The notes below the pieces were generated by a model. That model saw only the letters and a list, made by a program, of their open reading frames with translations, was not told the origin of the DNA and searched no databases. The position numbers were made by a program, and so were the translations under genes. 64,000 nt of DNA from NCBI GenBank assembly GCA_963716395.1, contig OY970309.1, positions 1,056,001 through 1,120,000 on the forward strand. Direction: 5' to 3'. This document shows positions 63,904 to 64,000 of the stretch, in pieces. The number at the start of each line of letters is the position of its first letter. The first letter of the stretch is position 1. The stretch is from an uncultured Fibrobacteria bacterium (lineage in GTDB: Bacteria; Fibrobacterota; Fibrobacteria; UBA11236).

Positions 63904-64000
63904 CTATTGCAGCAACTTTTCCACGGTTTTGGCGTCGGCCTGTGCGTTGTGGACTCGCAGGCCATTCTTGAAGATTTCTTGCTCCACCCTATAACGCTTT
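63904..64000 (-). CDS. 3' end of a third MORN/YwqK-like gene (runs off the right edge)
   Basis: Identical to 61670-61766. Confidence 0.75.
   Translation of the reverse strand, partial: KRYRVEQEIFKNGLRVHNAQADAKTVEKLLQ

Overview
The window is mostly GC-rich housekeeping and secretome DNA with two lower-GC accessory regions. The TIGR02147 paralog and several Por/T9SS-like C-terminal tails suggest Fibrobacterota (inference). (1) 1-9440 is the right part of an island at the 3' end of tRNA-Arg(UCG). It carries an HNH nuclease, a Type III R-M locus (mod - KilA-N - res, with the KilA-N gene bounded by 16-bp direct repeats), a Fic protein behind a perfect 31-bp palindrome, and a Zn-ribbon protein. 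(2) 9.7-46.7 kb is core DNA: TetR/SDR/MDR islet, DrrAB-like ABC exporter, maltokinase, aspS, rfbA, adk, M32 peptidase, VapBC, expansin lipoprotein, MurG, OppDF, LpxB-like and FapA. (3) 46.9-64 kb is a second accessory region. It has a UbiA prenyltransferase / 7TM histidine kinase / CPBP protease / possible single-domain class II terpene cyclase cluster. It also has two mosaic paralogs of a large secreted protein with a 63-bp VNTR, a SleB-like hydrolase with a probable immunity gene, and a ~1.12-kb-period array of orphan effector C-termini each followed by a secreted MORN/YwqK-like gene. Frameshifts cluster in the accessory regions and are probably partly consensus errors. All family calls come from motif recognition by eye; no searches were run.
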